Shown: positions 25,929 through 39,624 of the stretch, one piece after another
Numbering within the stretch: the first letter of the stretch is position 1
Layout of the letters: each line of letters opens with the position of its first letter
Assembly: GCA_000165425.1 (NCBI GenBank)
Contig: CT868492.1
Location: 1 to 64,000 of the forward strand
Length of the DNA: 64,000 nucleotides
From: Paramecium tetraurelia
Lineage: Eukaryota
Reading direction: 5' to 3'
The notes under the pieces: model-generated
Database searches by the model: none
What the model was told of the DNA's origin: nothing
The model's input: only the letters and a program-made list of their open reading frames with translations
Program-made: the position numbers and the translations under genes

Positions 25929-27464
25929 TCAAAGTCTTTTAAAAAATAATCTAATGTCTCTTTCAAAAAGTTTCTCCTATTTCCAAATCAATGCCCTACT
26001 CTCTTAATTTTGAACTAAACAGTACCCCTAAAAATCGTAATTGTTAGCATTAAACTTTTAAGCAAATGGCAAACAAAATACTAGAACACCCTTCTACATA
26101 TCATATACTGAAACATATTCATTAGATAGCAGGATTAAAGTTTTCAAGTCTTTTTTTAGCGACAACTTTATATTGCCTAGTTCTGTAGAATTTCTTAAGT
26201 TTACTCTTCTCAATTGTTTATTGCATTAGAAACTATATGCGACTATCTCATTTTTTATAATCCCTTCAGTATTTTAGTATTTTTGTAGCACAGAGTACTT
26301 GATCTTGTTAGGCTTACAAAGATATGACACAGCCAAAGTCTTTTCTTCAGCGATTTAACTAGATTTCTTGAATTTACAATTTTGTAATGACATAGTAAGT
26401 ACTTTATTGCATAATTCAATAATCAGGAGCTCTTTATAAAAATGAAATAGAGCCACTAGTTTTTAATTAGTTCTTTAAAGAGCTTGTAGCTTTTTAGTTA
26501 GGAATTAAACTTCTTTCTTTTAGGGATTCACAACAAATAGTTTATAGGTTTGATCAATGAATACTAATCTATTCTCCTCTAGAATGGAGTCAATTATTTC
26601 ACAATTGTGACGATATTAATAGTTGAGAAGAAATTTAAGTTTGTAATCATCTTTTTTACCAGTTTTAACAAAAATCTCACTTACCTTCAATTAATTTTTG
26701 TGTTGAAATACTAATAGATTAGATTGGACACTTGATTTCATCACGAAATCTTTAATATTTTAAATTTCATGATTGAAGGAATCAACATACTCTAAGCTTG
26801 GATATAAATAGACAGAAATTATTAATTGTTTACTAACTAGAAATGAACTTTCTTTTTCTAATAAAAATACGAAGTCTTTTGAAACTTCAATTTGAACAAT
26901 ATCATTATCATCCTAACTTTTAAGTTTGGCATCTGCTTTCAGAAAGATATTATAAAAGTGTCTGGACGCCAAAGCGAACAGTTGATTGCTTTACTATTTT
27001 ACATAAGCCAAAAATGCCTATTGTTCATATGATTGGTCAATTATTTTATTTTAGATCATTTTAGAATTCCATACAGTTTATAAAAAGGATTCAACTTTGT
27101 TGTGATTTAAGTCATTGATACATGATGACAATAATAATAACTTCTCCTAGAATTCTCTCTATTAAATTTAATTTTCTGACTTTTTTGTGAGTAAAGTGTT
27201 ATTAGTTAAATACCCCAAATAATGTAATTCAAATTACTTAAACCATGATATTGCGAAAGTGTATGTCTATTGGACATTAATTCTGTTAGTTGACTCCGTT
27301 TTACTACATTTCTCACATAATATACGAAGTTAATCTCCATCAGGATTAGTAATAGGAATGAAATACAAATTTTCAAGTTTTTCTAATCTATTTCCAAAAT
27401 GAATAAGTCCCCTGCATTTTAGTTACTTAGGATTGTACCAATCATGAAATCCAAAGTCAAACAT
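25929..27464 (-). CDS. Hypothetical protein with beta-propeller-like C-terminal half
   Basis: Span of 512 codons in code 6 from MFDFGFHDWYNPKQLKC to ...RLFFKRL* (ends checked, middle sampled); start uncertain. Confidence 0.55.
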
Positions 27465-27765
27465 ATGTGTTTATTTATTTTATTAATAAACTTCTATTTG
27501 CCAATTTTAAAAGTGAATATCAAATTGTTTTTGCAGTTCAATTATTATAACAACCCATTGAAGTGAAATTCATACGAAATAGGAAATCTGATATAATCAA
27601 ATTGATTAGTTTTAAAATACTTTTTGTGTTCTTCAAATAAATTTAGTTATTATAACATGTTGATAAAATTAATTGAGATTCTCAAGTTCTAAGATAATCA
27701 ACACTTAATTAACAATTTTAAGGGAATAGCTGGATTTATTAAAAATAGGATAAAAATTATAAATA

Positions 27766-28850
27766 ATGTTTAATAAATTAAAGAATTCATTTCCATTTAG
27801 GTCTGGGCCAAACTTCCTTTTATGTTTTCTAGGATTTTCTGGTGTGGGTTATTTTGGTACAAGCTACTTGCATAAACAGAAATATGATCATCCGATAGTG
27901 TAGGAAGCATTGAGAATATTGCAACATAATGAATAAATAATTCAATTGGCAGGATATCCACTATCACTTTAGATAAATTTGGGTAGCAATGCGACTCAAA
28001 ATAATGATGTGTGTTAATTTTCTTTTCAGGTGGTTGGTCCTAAAGGTGCCGCAAAAGTGGAGTTAATGGGACAATCAAGAGAATTACAGGAAGTACAAAA
28101 CAAGGCCTAATATTATATTCCATCCTCAAAATAAATGACTGATGTAATGAAGTATAATAAGGATGTGGAAGCATTGTAAAATTGGAAATTGACTCCAGAT
28201 GTGAGATTATGGAAGATTGATCATCTGGTTGCTGACATTGGATTGCAAGGGGATTTCAGAATAGTTCTGGTGGATTCAAATCAAGTACTGAAGAAGGATG
28301 TGGCTTAGGCAATGACTCCACCGCTAGTTACTGATCGTAGGACTCTCTATGATCTAAAGTTGGAAATAGATGCTCGCAAACCCAAAGTGCCTACTACTGA
28401 ATAAGAAATAGAAGAGGCGAGAAGATATAGACAATAAGAGTTGTATAGAAAAGTGGGTGGAGTTAGAAATATCACAATAATTAGCACCATCATTGGAGCT
28501 ATGGCCATTTACAATTATGTGAAGACGAATAGAGTATGATATTTCTAATTGGTTAGCGATTAAGTGTGTTGAACACTCAAATTCATAGACAATCATTAAT
28601 TATTATACAGACTAATCCTTAGATCAAGAAGTTGTTTGGTCAGAATATTCAATTCAATTAACAATTGAGAGGGGGACAGATAAGGGATTTGGCTGAATTT
28701 GAGACTGATATGTATGGGTAGAAGGCAGGGATTTGTTATGTGAAGGGGAGGAAGAACAAAAAAACTAATGATTGGGAAATTGACAGTATCGATGTTGCTA
28801 TTAAGGATGCTCAAGGCATTATCAATTAGAAAATTAGAATACTGGGGTGA
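27766..28850 (+). CDS. Probable mitochondrial membrane protein with two TM+Coa1/Tim21-like modules
   Basis: Module 1: TM, then HPIVQEALRILQHNEQIIQLAGYPL..FQVVGPKGAAKVEL. Module 2: TM, then IHRQSLIIIQTNPQIKKLFG..MYGQKAGICYVKG..WEIDSIDV. 23-nt intron at ~28534. Confidence 0.65.
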
Positions 28851-28906
28851 TTGTGTGTTTCATATTATCATAAAATAAATAATTAATATCATTATTAAAA
28901 TTAAAT

Positions 28907-28993
28907 ATTTGTGATGAAAATCAATCGGCTAATGAATTAACTTATATTTAATATAAGCTATATTGATTCAATTTGCATCACCACTCTGATATG
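28907..28993 (+). ncRNA. Candidate box C/D snoRNA 1
   Basis: C box GTGATGA 28911-17, D' ATGA 28932-35, internal stem cttatat/atataag, D box CTGA 28986-89. The guide TGCATCACCACT is complementary (with G:U) to conserved SSU rRNA GGUGGUGGUGCA. Confidence 0.65.
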
Positions 28994-29006
28994 ATATATA
29001 ACTACT

Positions 29007-29078
29007 ACATATGATGATATTTGTATAAATCACTCCACGATGAGATTTCATTGATTATGCAAATTATACCCTGAAATA
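29007..29078 (+). ncRNA. Candidate box C/D snoRNA 2
   Basis: C box ATGATGA 29011-17, D' ATGA 29040-43, C'-like TGATTA, D box CTGA 29071-74. The guide ATAAATCACTCCAC is complementary to conserved SSU rRNA GUGGAGUGAUUUGU (14 bp, one G:U). Confidence 0.72.
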
Positions 29079-30038
29079 TAATATTATACTTATATAATTA
29101 TGTGAGTCCTTAATTCATAATCATCTCCAGATTATTCATTGAGGCAAGTTGATAATATTGACATTCTTACTAATCTCCAACTTTACCATTTTTATTAACT
29201 AGAATTTGTATAAAAATGGGCATTTTTATATTAATCAATTCATAATGAAAAGGGAGACTCTGAATGCCTTTTTGTTTGTAATTTTAGGTCGGCATTATTT
29301 CATTACTCTTTATTTATATAAAATGTAATCCTTCAAATATTTTGAATCCAGATTTTAGCAGTTTATAAGGCTTAAGAAAATAAAGAATTGTAAATGCTTT
29401 TAAGGAGAGGGAATAATTAGGAAATAGATAAATGATTGAAATCTAAAATCAATTTTGATTATTAAAAGATAAGAAATAATAATATAAACATAATTTGATT
29501 AAATACTACATAAAAAATGAACTCCATAAATATAGCAGTGAGAAAGTAGTATCAATTCTCATTTGCTTATCTGTAATGTTAACAATAATTTATTAGATCA
29601 ATCATTCAATTCAAAATAGTTGGAGAAGATAATAATTTTTAACGATTTTATAGAATCAAAAAAATTCATACTCAATCTAATTTAGAATGTTTGTTTAAAA
29701 GTAATAAATAAGATAATACTAGAATGATAACAGACCAGATTTAAGATAATCAAAAATTGTCTATCAAACTCATATTTAGAATTTAAGTAATACAAATAGC
29801 TGAGATGACAAAGTATTTTCTTACAATTTCTATCGCCATTTATCATATGATATAGTAAAAGAGAAAAAGCATCAATATAAAAAGTTATAATAAATGAACC
29901 AAAAAATAAATAATAAATTATAATTTAACAAATGATATATAAGTAATAATGTAATGCAAAATCCTGTGATACCTAACCTTTTTTTTGATCTTAAAATATA
30001 GTGAACATTAATTATATTAATACGATTTATATTACAAG

Positions 30039-33000
30039 ATGGGTATATGCTAAGGTAGGGCTAAAACTTAGGAAGACTAAGTTCACAAGCTGAACCAACC
30101 CATAACAACCAGTGGTGAGTTACAGATTAAGGTGTTGCTGAAGAACATTACTTTAAAAATGAGTGGAGTCAGACAATGCTCTATTCAATTCGATTTTGGG
30201 TAGTGTAAGTACACATCGCCTGTGCATATAGATAACAATGGAGATCATTATGTATTAAATTCATAGAAGGAAGTGGCGAGCTAGTTTCGATGGAATCTTA
30301 AAGATGACTGAGTAGTTGATGCGAGAATCCCAGATGAAAATCTCAGTGATGGACACTTAGGTGATTGGATCTGCGACTATCAATTTATTTGAGGCAGCTG
30401 TAGGTCCATTTCACTTTCAATTACCAATCAGAGGACAACATACAGGGAGTGTCACTTTTGATTTGAAAATGAATTAGATTGTTTAGGCAACTCTCTAGAG
30501 TAAGTATATTATATGGGAATTAAACTAAAGTCTGAGTGATGTTAGATACAATTACAATTTGCGTTTGGTGGTATGAATATGATCTTAAATACAAAAGACT
30601 TCCCAGTTCTCATTCATCTCTGAACATTCAACTACATTTGTGAATCCGAATTATCGAAAACAAAATGAAAAGTAGAGGAGTATAATGTCTTCAAGTCGTA
30701 AAAGCATTTTAGATTAAGATGCATTGAGAGATTCCATTATATCCTTACCGAAAACACCCTCTAGCAGTCAAATTTTTAATCATTCTCTCGACTCCATTAT
30801 TGCAGCTACACCTTAAAATAAAGGATAAGTACCTGCTTCACAACCTTATCACAGGATAGAATGGGATCACTCTGGAGATGAACTCACTTTGATAGTAGAA
30901 TTACCAATTTCGGAATTTTAGGGTTCTGCTATTCAACTATGTTTGTGGTCAATTTCTTCAAATAAGAGTAGTATGGGAAACAACAAGTCCACTAATAAGA
31001 CTACGATAAAGAAGACTTAGAATAAACATGACTCTGAATACATGGATCTGGAAATCTAGGATCATCATCTGGTTGCGGAAACTTATATCAATTTATAGCA
31101 TTTAGAAAATAACTTAGTGGCTGATTTGGGAGCTAAGTTCATTGTAATTAACAGCCAATAGGCAAAATCAATTTGGTATCACGGTGTTGAAGTAGGTAAA
31201 ATAGATTATGAAATCAATGTTAAATTACCAAATTATTTGTAATAATCCTCATTTGGTGTGCAAACTGATAAGGGGATAGTCTCAACTGCATCTGTAGTAG
31301 GGAATGTAGAAAACATTAGTGTTACTGAGATTAAGATGATTTAGATTGAGTTTCAGAAACTATCAAGTTCCATCTTTAAGATTGAGCACAAGACTCTAAA
31401 TGTCGAAGACAAATTAAAGGTGCGTCAGGATATGGATCAATAACTGAACAAGTTGGCTCAATTACTTGGATAATCACATGGAACCAACATAAAGACATTT
31501 CAATATAAGTCAGAGGATGACTTAATGAAAGCCTAGCAATTGTTGATTCAATTGTCCATTCACTTAGTGGATTATTCGAAGACTTTGGCATCGTTCAATT
31601 CCTACTTTGAATGTTTAAATCTAGTACTTAATAGAGGAGAATTGATGTTGCAATAATTGGGGTTCTTTAAGGCTCTAGGTAAGAAGCAATCTGAATTCAA
31701 AACTGAAGTTGGTTTAGAATATCAATCCTTTTTGGTCAATACACTTCGATTCACTCTGTAGAAATTGAATCAAAAAGATCCTAGTCAACAAGCAAGATAA
31801 TTATTCATCAAATTTTTAGTAATTAGTTATTTTCGAATCCCAGAATTCAGAGCTAAATTCCTTGAGTTAATCACAAAAGCAGATGATCCACAGTTGTTGG
31901 AATTAAGAGGAACTGAATTCATATAAGAGGATGATCCAACGAATATTGATAAGAGTACAAAAACCAACATTTAAATATTTGATTGGCAGAATTATTTTCA
32001 TACTTATTTGTCTGATAAGAGCAAAGGAATTTAGAATCAATCAGCTTTGAATCAAATCCTAGATGATGAGAGTTGGAAGGAACACATCAGACACAGATCT
32101 ATAAATTTTAGTTTTTTTGTTGAGGAATGGGCTAAGTATGTTAGGAATATTTTGTAAGTGAAAATACTGCCATGGTAAGACATTCCAGGTTATAGAATTT
32201 TGGTTAAGTCTTTCATGTGTGAATTGAAATAGTAGGAATCAGTACCAGATGCTATGAAGATGGCTCTGAAGAGTTTGCTTCAGAATCAGAATTTGCTGGG
32301 AATCGTAGTGAGTTTGTTATTCAATAAAACAAAGTAATTTATGTATTAATAAGTCTATATAATGCAGAGCAAGTCATAGAAACATTTGAAATATTGGATG
32401 CCTGTTTTGCTACATTGACAACCATGCCTGCTTAATTCGATTACCCTTTTTTCTTGAAAGGAATCAAACAGATTATAATGGATTCGGAACATGCCATCAA
32501 TATAGCCAAGTGCGTTTGGCTGATATACAATATTTATCCCTTGTTTCCAAGTAATAACATGAATTTAACAATTGAATAGTCGACTTTAAGAAAGACATAT
32601 GTGAATTTCTATTTGAGAAGGCTGTTTTCAAGTTGTTTTTGCATTGGAGTAGAACAGTGAGATTAGTATTTCATTACTTTTTACTTTATCGAGTGTCTCA
32701 TTAACACAAGACCTCAAAAGTGGGAGGATTGGATGAAGAGTAAGCAATGTTTGATAATAGTTAGATAGATCATACAGCAATACACTTTGATTAATAGGCC
32801 AAAGAAGAATTAGAGTTACTTTGAGAATCGTCAGCCGCAATAACAATTGATTGTAAGATTTGTGTGTGAATATCCATTAGTCCGATTACATTTACATGAA
32901 ATATTTGAGATTCCTAAGCAAGTTGGAGCAAGCTAAGATAAATGAGAATTAGAGGGAATATCAACAGGATCATCAGAGTTACTACAAAAAATTGGTGCAT

Positions 33001-33442
33001 AAGAAGTTGAGAAGGGAATAGGAGTTGAAGCATAAAGAGTAAGAGGAGCCGAAGATGATGGAGTAATTGAAATTGGAGAGAATGGCTTCGGAACAGGACG
33101 AATCGCTTTAGAAGCAGAATCAATTGAAACCAGTGATTGTGCCTCGGCCAGTGATGCACAAGAAGTTGAGTTGTAAGCACAATGGATAATAGTGTAGATA
33201 AGCACGAGGTGGAGATTGATGAGATGCAATAACAGTACTTGAGGTTGTCCATTAGAGAATTCGAGGAATAATTAAAGAATTATAACAATTGGAGATAATA
33301 AAATTTAAAGAAAATGATTGGGAAATATAATGAGGAGGGTATGCGGCTATTGATAATTGTAGACAAACACACGATTCACTTGAGTTTTGAGGTGCCCAAG
33401 GTTGACGTATTGAGGAGGATCGATGAAAAGGAGGGTGCTTGA
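30039..33442 (+). CDS. N-acylation-motif protein with C2-like N-terminus and DUF1765-like domain
   Basis: Starts MGICQG; beta-rich N-terminal domain; FFLKGIKQII.DSEH..IAKCVWLIYN..LFLHWSRTVRLVFHYFLLYRV; multiple introns. Confidence 0.7.
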
Positions 33443-33473
33443 ATAAATTATTATATAGATTATTATTATTAAA

Positions 33474-33898
33474 TCAAAAACCGAAGGTTTCTGCATCTGC
33501 ATATTGCAAGTAGAGGAATCCATCTTCTGGATCCTTGTATTAATCGTAGATTTTTTTGAGTTTCTCATCTAGTTAAATGATGATAAGATGTACGTTCATT
33601 CATTAGGGTTTTTCCGCAATACATAAATAGAGTTGAAGTCTTTTCATCCAAGTTCAATTTCTTTTTGATTGTATTTTTGAATTCGTTGAAGCAGAAACTT
33701 GAGTTCACCAAGAATCTACATTCAATCATTTAAATAAAATTACTTCACTTTTTACAATTAAGGTAATTTACAACCTGGGATCTTTTCCACAATTATGGGA
33801 ATCATTTCAGGATATTTTGCTAGTTGCTCCTACACTCGTTTCTTCCTCTCCTCCAAGTTGTGAGATTCTTTGTAAGTTTGCGTCTTCTGCTTTTACAT
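33474..33898 (-). CDS. ATG8: ATG8/LC3-family ubiquitin-like protein
   Basis: YKESHNLEERKK..KYPEMIPIIVEK..KFLV..IYDQYKDPEDGFLYLQYADAETFGF*; two introns. Confidence 0.93.
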
Positions 33899-34011
33899 AA
33901 TTATTTATATCTATAATTATTAATAATAGTATTGATCAGGCATTTGTAGTATATAATCTATTCGTACATCCTGCATTCATTAGATTTATAAATAATATTC
34001 ATTTAAAAACC

Positions 34012-36037
34012 ATGATGGCAATGTGCTCTAAGAAGGCCTATCTGAAAAGAAGGAGCGTGGATAACAAATGTAAATTATCAATTCTATCCTCTAGATGATG
34101 TCGATACCAATATTTTCCAAGTTAAGTTCGACTGTTTGAAGGACAACATAGTCAAAATACATTAGGGTGACCCTGTTATGTGTTAACAATGCGAGACTGT
34201 TCTGAATAAACATTCAAAAATACAAGAAGATGTTTAAAATCAATAATTTGGAAAGCAACTTTGGATATGTGAGTTCTGCAATCACAAGAATTACGTTCAA
34301 ATAGAGAAAGAGGAAATCCCTACTAATGAAGACACCATTTACCTCATCTAATCAGCCCAGGAATAATAAATGCAAATAGAGGATGCTGACAACTCAATCA
34401 TATTTTGTATAGACAACAGTGGTTCCATGTCGAGTACTGTTGAAATCAAAGGCAAGATCAATTTTAAACACGGGATATCTGCTGAGGAGTATGAAATGCT
34501 CAAATAATTCATTGAACCTGGAGACGAACATTAAATATGGCCACAATTTAACACCAAACATGTTACTCATGTCTCCAGAAAACAATGTGTTATGGCAGCC
34601 ATTGAACAACAAATAGGGGAACTGAAAAAGAAGAACCCCAATAAAATAGTTGGATTAGTCACATTCAATAATGAAGTTGTTGTTTATGGTGATGGCTCTG
34701 AAGTCCCCATTACCATAGCAGGAGACAGACTCTTTAAATAAGACGAAATCGAGAACTTATTGGATGGAACTGCAAAACAACTCATGAAATATCCAGTCAA
34801 AGCACAAGCTGAAACTCTCTTGAAGAAATTTGAGAAACTCTAAGAGAAGGGCCAGACTGCTCTGGGTCCTGCCTTGATTTCCGCCTTGCAATTGGCTAAG
34901 ATTGGCAAACCTGGATCCATGATCATTATCTGCACAGATGGATTAGCCAATTTGGGATTGGGATCTTTGGACAATGATGCAAACAAATAATTCTATGAGG
35001 ATTTGGGTGCGTTTGCTTCACAATGTGGAGTAGTGATATCAGTTGTCACTATTAAGGGAGAGGGATGCAAAGTGGATATCCTAGGAGCCTTGTCAGAGAA
35101 AACTAATGGAACTGTTACCAGAGTCAGGCCTGAAGACATTGAGAAGGATTTCGCGAATATTTTGAAGGATGAATTGGTGGGAACCCAAGTTCAGTTATTC
35201 GTGAATTTGCATCGTGCTTTGAAGTTCAGAGGAGAAGACGATCCTACTCTGAGCAATAAACTTAAAAGAGACATTGGTAATGCCACTATTGCTACCACTT
35301 AAACATTTGAATATCAACTGAAAAACGATCAGGAATTACAAAAGGAGTAGATTGATATCAAGGATCTAAAGAATGTTCCATTCTAGATAAAAGTCAATTA
35401 CACAAATTTACATGGCGACAGACTTATGAGAGTGGTCACTTAATTGGTTTCGACAACAGAGAACGTGAAGGAGGCTGAAGAAGAGGCTCAAGTCGAAGTT
35501 ATTCATAAAAGAATGGCATAGAAGACTGCTTAGATTGCAAAGAAAGGAAACTATTAGGAAGCATAGTCATACAATGATTAGTGGGATGGTTATGTCTAAA
35601 AAAATGCTGTTATTAATAACAATGTATCCAACAAAGAGAAGAATTTTAGTTTCTAGGCTCATAATTTGAAGTTACAAACAGCAGTGTAGAAGTAGGAAGT
35701 TAGAAAGGAAAAAGTGTAGAAACCGCCTCCTTAATAACAATCACAATAATAACAACCCAGCTTTTTTGAGAAAGTTGCATCATTTATAAAAGGAGATGAA
35801 AAGAAATAGTAACAAGCATAGATTCCAGAACCTTCATAATAAAAGGCATCCATCCAATAACAAGATTCACCACAATTATAGAAGAGGGTAAATCCAGTTA
35901 AACAAAATGTTGAAAAATGCAAAGCTTAAAATATGCAGTTAGAAAAGGAAATGAATCGTAAGAGATCGTTAAGCTGTTCAGATGATGAAGATGCAGAGAT
36001 GGCAGATCTATTTTAATTTGAATAAGGGAAATATTGA
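34012..36037 (+). CDS. Sec23-type Zn-finger + VWA domain protein (CPRAS1-related, no Ras domain seen)
   Basis: GDPVMCQQC..WICEFCNHKN; IIFCIDNSGSM (MIDAS), GLVTF, TALGPAL, IIICTDGLANLGLG; Gln-rich tail. Confidence 0.85.
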
Positions 36038-36085
36038 AATATTTAGATATCAATTTTTATTCATTAATATATTTTTAAATTATAT

Positions 36086-38676
36086 TCAGAAATTGATTTA
36101 CCAACTTTAGGTAAATGAAGACACATTGATTTCTACTCTGAATATCTACTGATTCCTATAAATGATAATGTTCTTGATGTTGATCTCTTCACTATTGTCA
36201 TTCTTAGCCTTGGTGTTGGTGAATTGCAAAGAATCCTTAAATGTTCTGACTGAGATATTTCTTATGCAAGTGTATTGGTCATTCCAACATCTCTTCAATA
36301 TGGTCTCCTCGTCATCGTAATTATTGATGGACATATATGATCCACTGGCTTATCCGAGCTAAATATAGTAGTGATTCTATATACTTCATTCAACACTACG
36401 ATCAAATCGATATCTGATTCCATCTCTCTCAATCTCATGACTCCGGTGGCATTGCTATGTTAAATTACAGAGCCTGCTTCAAGTGCCAAATATGCATTGT
36501 CAGTGAAGGTTCTGTTAATGGTGTTCCAACCATTTGGAATCCTTTAACCATTTTCAAAGGACACCCAATAGGCACCTAGAGGAACATAGAATTGTAATTC
36601 AGTGTAATCAAGAGACTCGTCGGTTTATTCCTCAACCACTGGATTCACAATAATGTTTCCGATTTGGAATTGAGTTTCGATGTTGAAAGTCTAAGGATCA
36701 CTCTAATATTTAAACCACAATGGATCCACAATAGTACCTGATCCTGCTTAAAGAGTTGAGTCTCTTTATGAGATGAATAGATAGTAGTAATATTTTAAGA
36801 ACTCGTATCTAAGTTAGATGCTTTTTTGAGCTGAAATCTTGGTGATCTCATAAAGATATGGTTCTTAGTCCTTCTACCCTAAGGCATTGTGATCTCTAGC
36901 AAATGGATAGAAGGCACCCAACTGAATCCATCTTGCACAAAGTTAAGGTGTAGTATCCTAATTGAATCCACAGATGTCGTCACCAACAAATGGAATTCCA
37001 AAAAGATTGAAATTAAACATCTAATAAACTGATGAACGTAACCATGCCCAAGTAGATCCATTATCTCCGAACCAAATAGCTGAAAATCTACCACTTCCAA
37101 AGATTGATGATCTACTCAATTAAAAGATCAGAGTCTTATTCTGAATTTCTTACAATAACTTTCTCTATTCAATTTGCTCAAGAAAACCATTGAAATTGTG
37201 AAGATCTAATTCTGGAATTGAAGTTGTTGAACCATTGAAATAGACTCCTTTTCCTTCATGCAAAGCATCAATAGCAATTGTATGACCCTCCAATGTCACT
37301 GTTCCCATAGCATCCCAAGGTAAATCTTTCAATTCAAATATTTTATCATTCAACTTAGGGCCTTTGTATGCCTCACCATCTCTGAAATTTGCCAATTCAT
37401 TCATGTCAATCCAAATGCCACTTGGTGCAATTTGATAGTTTGTAAACCAATCCTTATGACATTTAAGCCATAAGTCATAGGCTTTAGGATGATTGAAATC
37501 AGTAAAGTAGACATCTCCAGGCCATACTGCACCAAGATAGGGGGTTTTAGATTATCTGTTACTTTTAATGTAAGCTCCTGATTTAACCAAATCTCTTCCA
37601 CAATCACTATCTACTGCAATTCCAGGATCTACAATAGGAACCCAATGAACTCCATCTGGCTTAGTTCTGTCTGTGATTTTCTAAAGATCTTCTCTTGGAT
37701 AGGTATCTTCATTCAAAGTAAAATCTTTTCTTTCTTCCATGTAATCCAAATCAGTCCATATAACTTCCAATGGGATTTTGGATTCTTTGTATTTTCTAAT
37801 CACATTCTTGAGTACTGTAGAATTCTCATATCCCCATCTACTTTGATGCCATCCAGATGCCCAGAATGGGTGCAATTCCCAACCATTCAAATATTGATGA
37901 TATTATTTGATCAATTCTTTTGGATTCTATTTGCCTATGAATATTTTGAATTCAAGTTGTCCACCTGTAACTCTGTAGATGAGTTCATCATCTGTTCTTT
38001 CTAAAGTCATGGGTCTGCTTGATCTGAGCAACACTAAGTGATACTGTGAATTATATTTCTGTAAGATAACTGGGTGAGTACCATATAGTGAATATCCTAC
38101 TTGGGTATCAAACTCCCAAAAGTCGTGATTCCAAATTGAGAATTCTCCCTTTGGAATTCTAAATGAATTCAGACGTCTTTCTCCAAATCCGAAAATATCT
38201 TCTGATAACAACTCTGTATGTAATTCAGAATACAACAAAGAGAGAACTGTAGCTTTAGTGATATTAAAGACAGGGGACTATTATTTACTATGAGAAATAC
38301 TCCATCATATCTAGAAACAGAGAAAAAGTTTCCATCCTCATTGACTGAATAATCGTATTCTCCATGACTACTATCAGATTTTGTGTATGGGAATGGGAAC
38401 TTATGGGGTATTTCAAATGTATCCAAAGGGTTCAGAATACGGAGAGTAAGTTGATTCTTTCCATCCTCAGTCACCTCTACTGTGAAATTTGGATAAATTG
38501 GACTTGTGACATTCTTATAATATTCTCCTGGATTTAGGTTTTTGAAATTCACAGTGAGCTTACCTATTATATATTGGTGATTCTCAAATACTTCCATCAT
38601 ATTATCTGGATGTCTCAACAAATTGTGCATTGTTCAAAAGTACTAAAGTACAGAAAATGATGATGCAAATTCTCAT
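36086..38676 (-). CDS. Glycoside hydrolase family 31 alpha-glucosidase (secreted/lysosomal)
   Basis: Signal peptide MRICIIIFCTLVLL, YGTHP, GWHQSRWGY, IWTDLDYM, GIWIDMNE nucleophile motif, SRSSIFGSGR..WFGDN. Confidence 0.95.
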
Positions 38677-39624
38677 AAATTTATTATTTAATTATGTTAG
38701 ATTTGATTAATTTGCTATGTCATACTACTATATTTTAATTAATTCATCATATCAATTGATCAATTATCATTCTAGTGATCCATAAATAAAGAACTAGACC
38801 CACATCATGAAATGCCTAAATATCATATTTATATGATATCATAAGTATACTAATATTATAAGATTTAATTTGCAATTTTGATTTATATAGATATATATTC
38901 TAACTTTCCATAGAGTTTAGATTTAAGATCCAATGAATATTTATTTTTCATATATTTTTATACCCTTTTTCTAAATTCAAATTATAAATTTCAAATTTGA
39001 TCAGATCGAGGACGATAAGGAAATATTAATGTAATCGAAATCAAAGGGCGTTTAGTCTGATAATTGTTGGAGTGTATTAAAGAACTACCCAAAAATAATA
39101 AAAAAATAACTACTCTGCAAATTGAACCAAAATAAATAAAATTCCAAATAAACTTAAGTATATATTACATAAAATATACAGTTTTTTTGGGATTTAGTTA
39201 TTACATCAATTTTACATATTGAGTGATGACTTAATTGGATTTCATTAATTAAATTATTGAATTGTTATCAAGACCTACTTTTCATTTGAATTTTAGAAAT
39301 GGGTGAGTTTTCAGACTTTTCTATAGAAAATTATCGAAGTTTATTGATTCAATTAAATTGAATAAAAAAAGGAATGAAACTGCTTAATCAGCTTTTATGG
39401 AGATCCATCAATTGCAAATTAAAAAGATTTAACAATTTTATAAATACTATTTAAATATCCCAAATAATATAAGAATTCACATAGGTGGATAGCACAAGTG
39501 GATGTAAATGAGTTAAATGATTTTTCAATATAAATTACCTTTCGTCATTAACACTGATATTCAACTCTATAAATTGGAATTAAAATAAAAATAAAAAATC
39601 ATTAATAATCATAAAATAATATAA

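Noticed and set aside
38560..38590. Apparent early stop or frameshift in GH31
   Set aside because: Resolved by a 28-nt GT-AG intron joining YDGS to KLTVNF
39223..39300. C-box-like GTGATGA as a snoRNA start
   Set aside because: No properly placed CTGA D box and no recognisable rRNA guide
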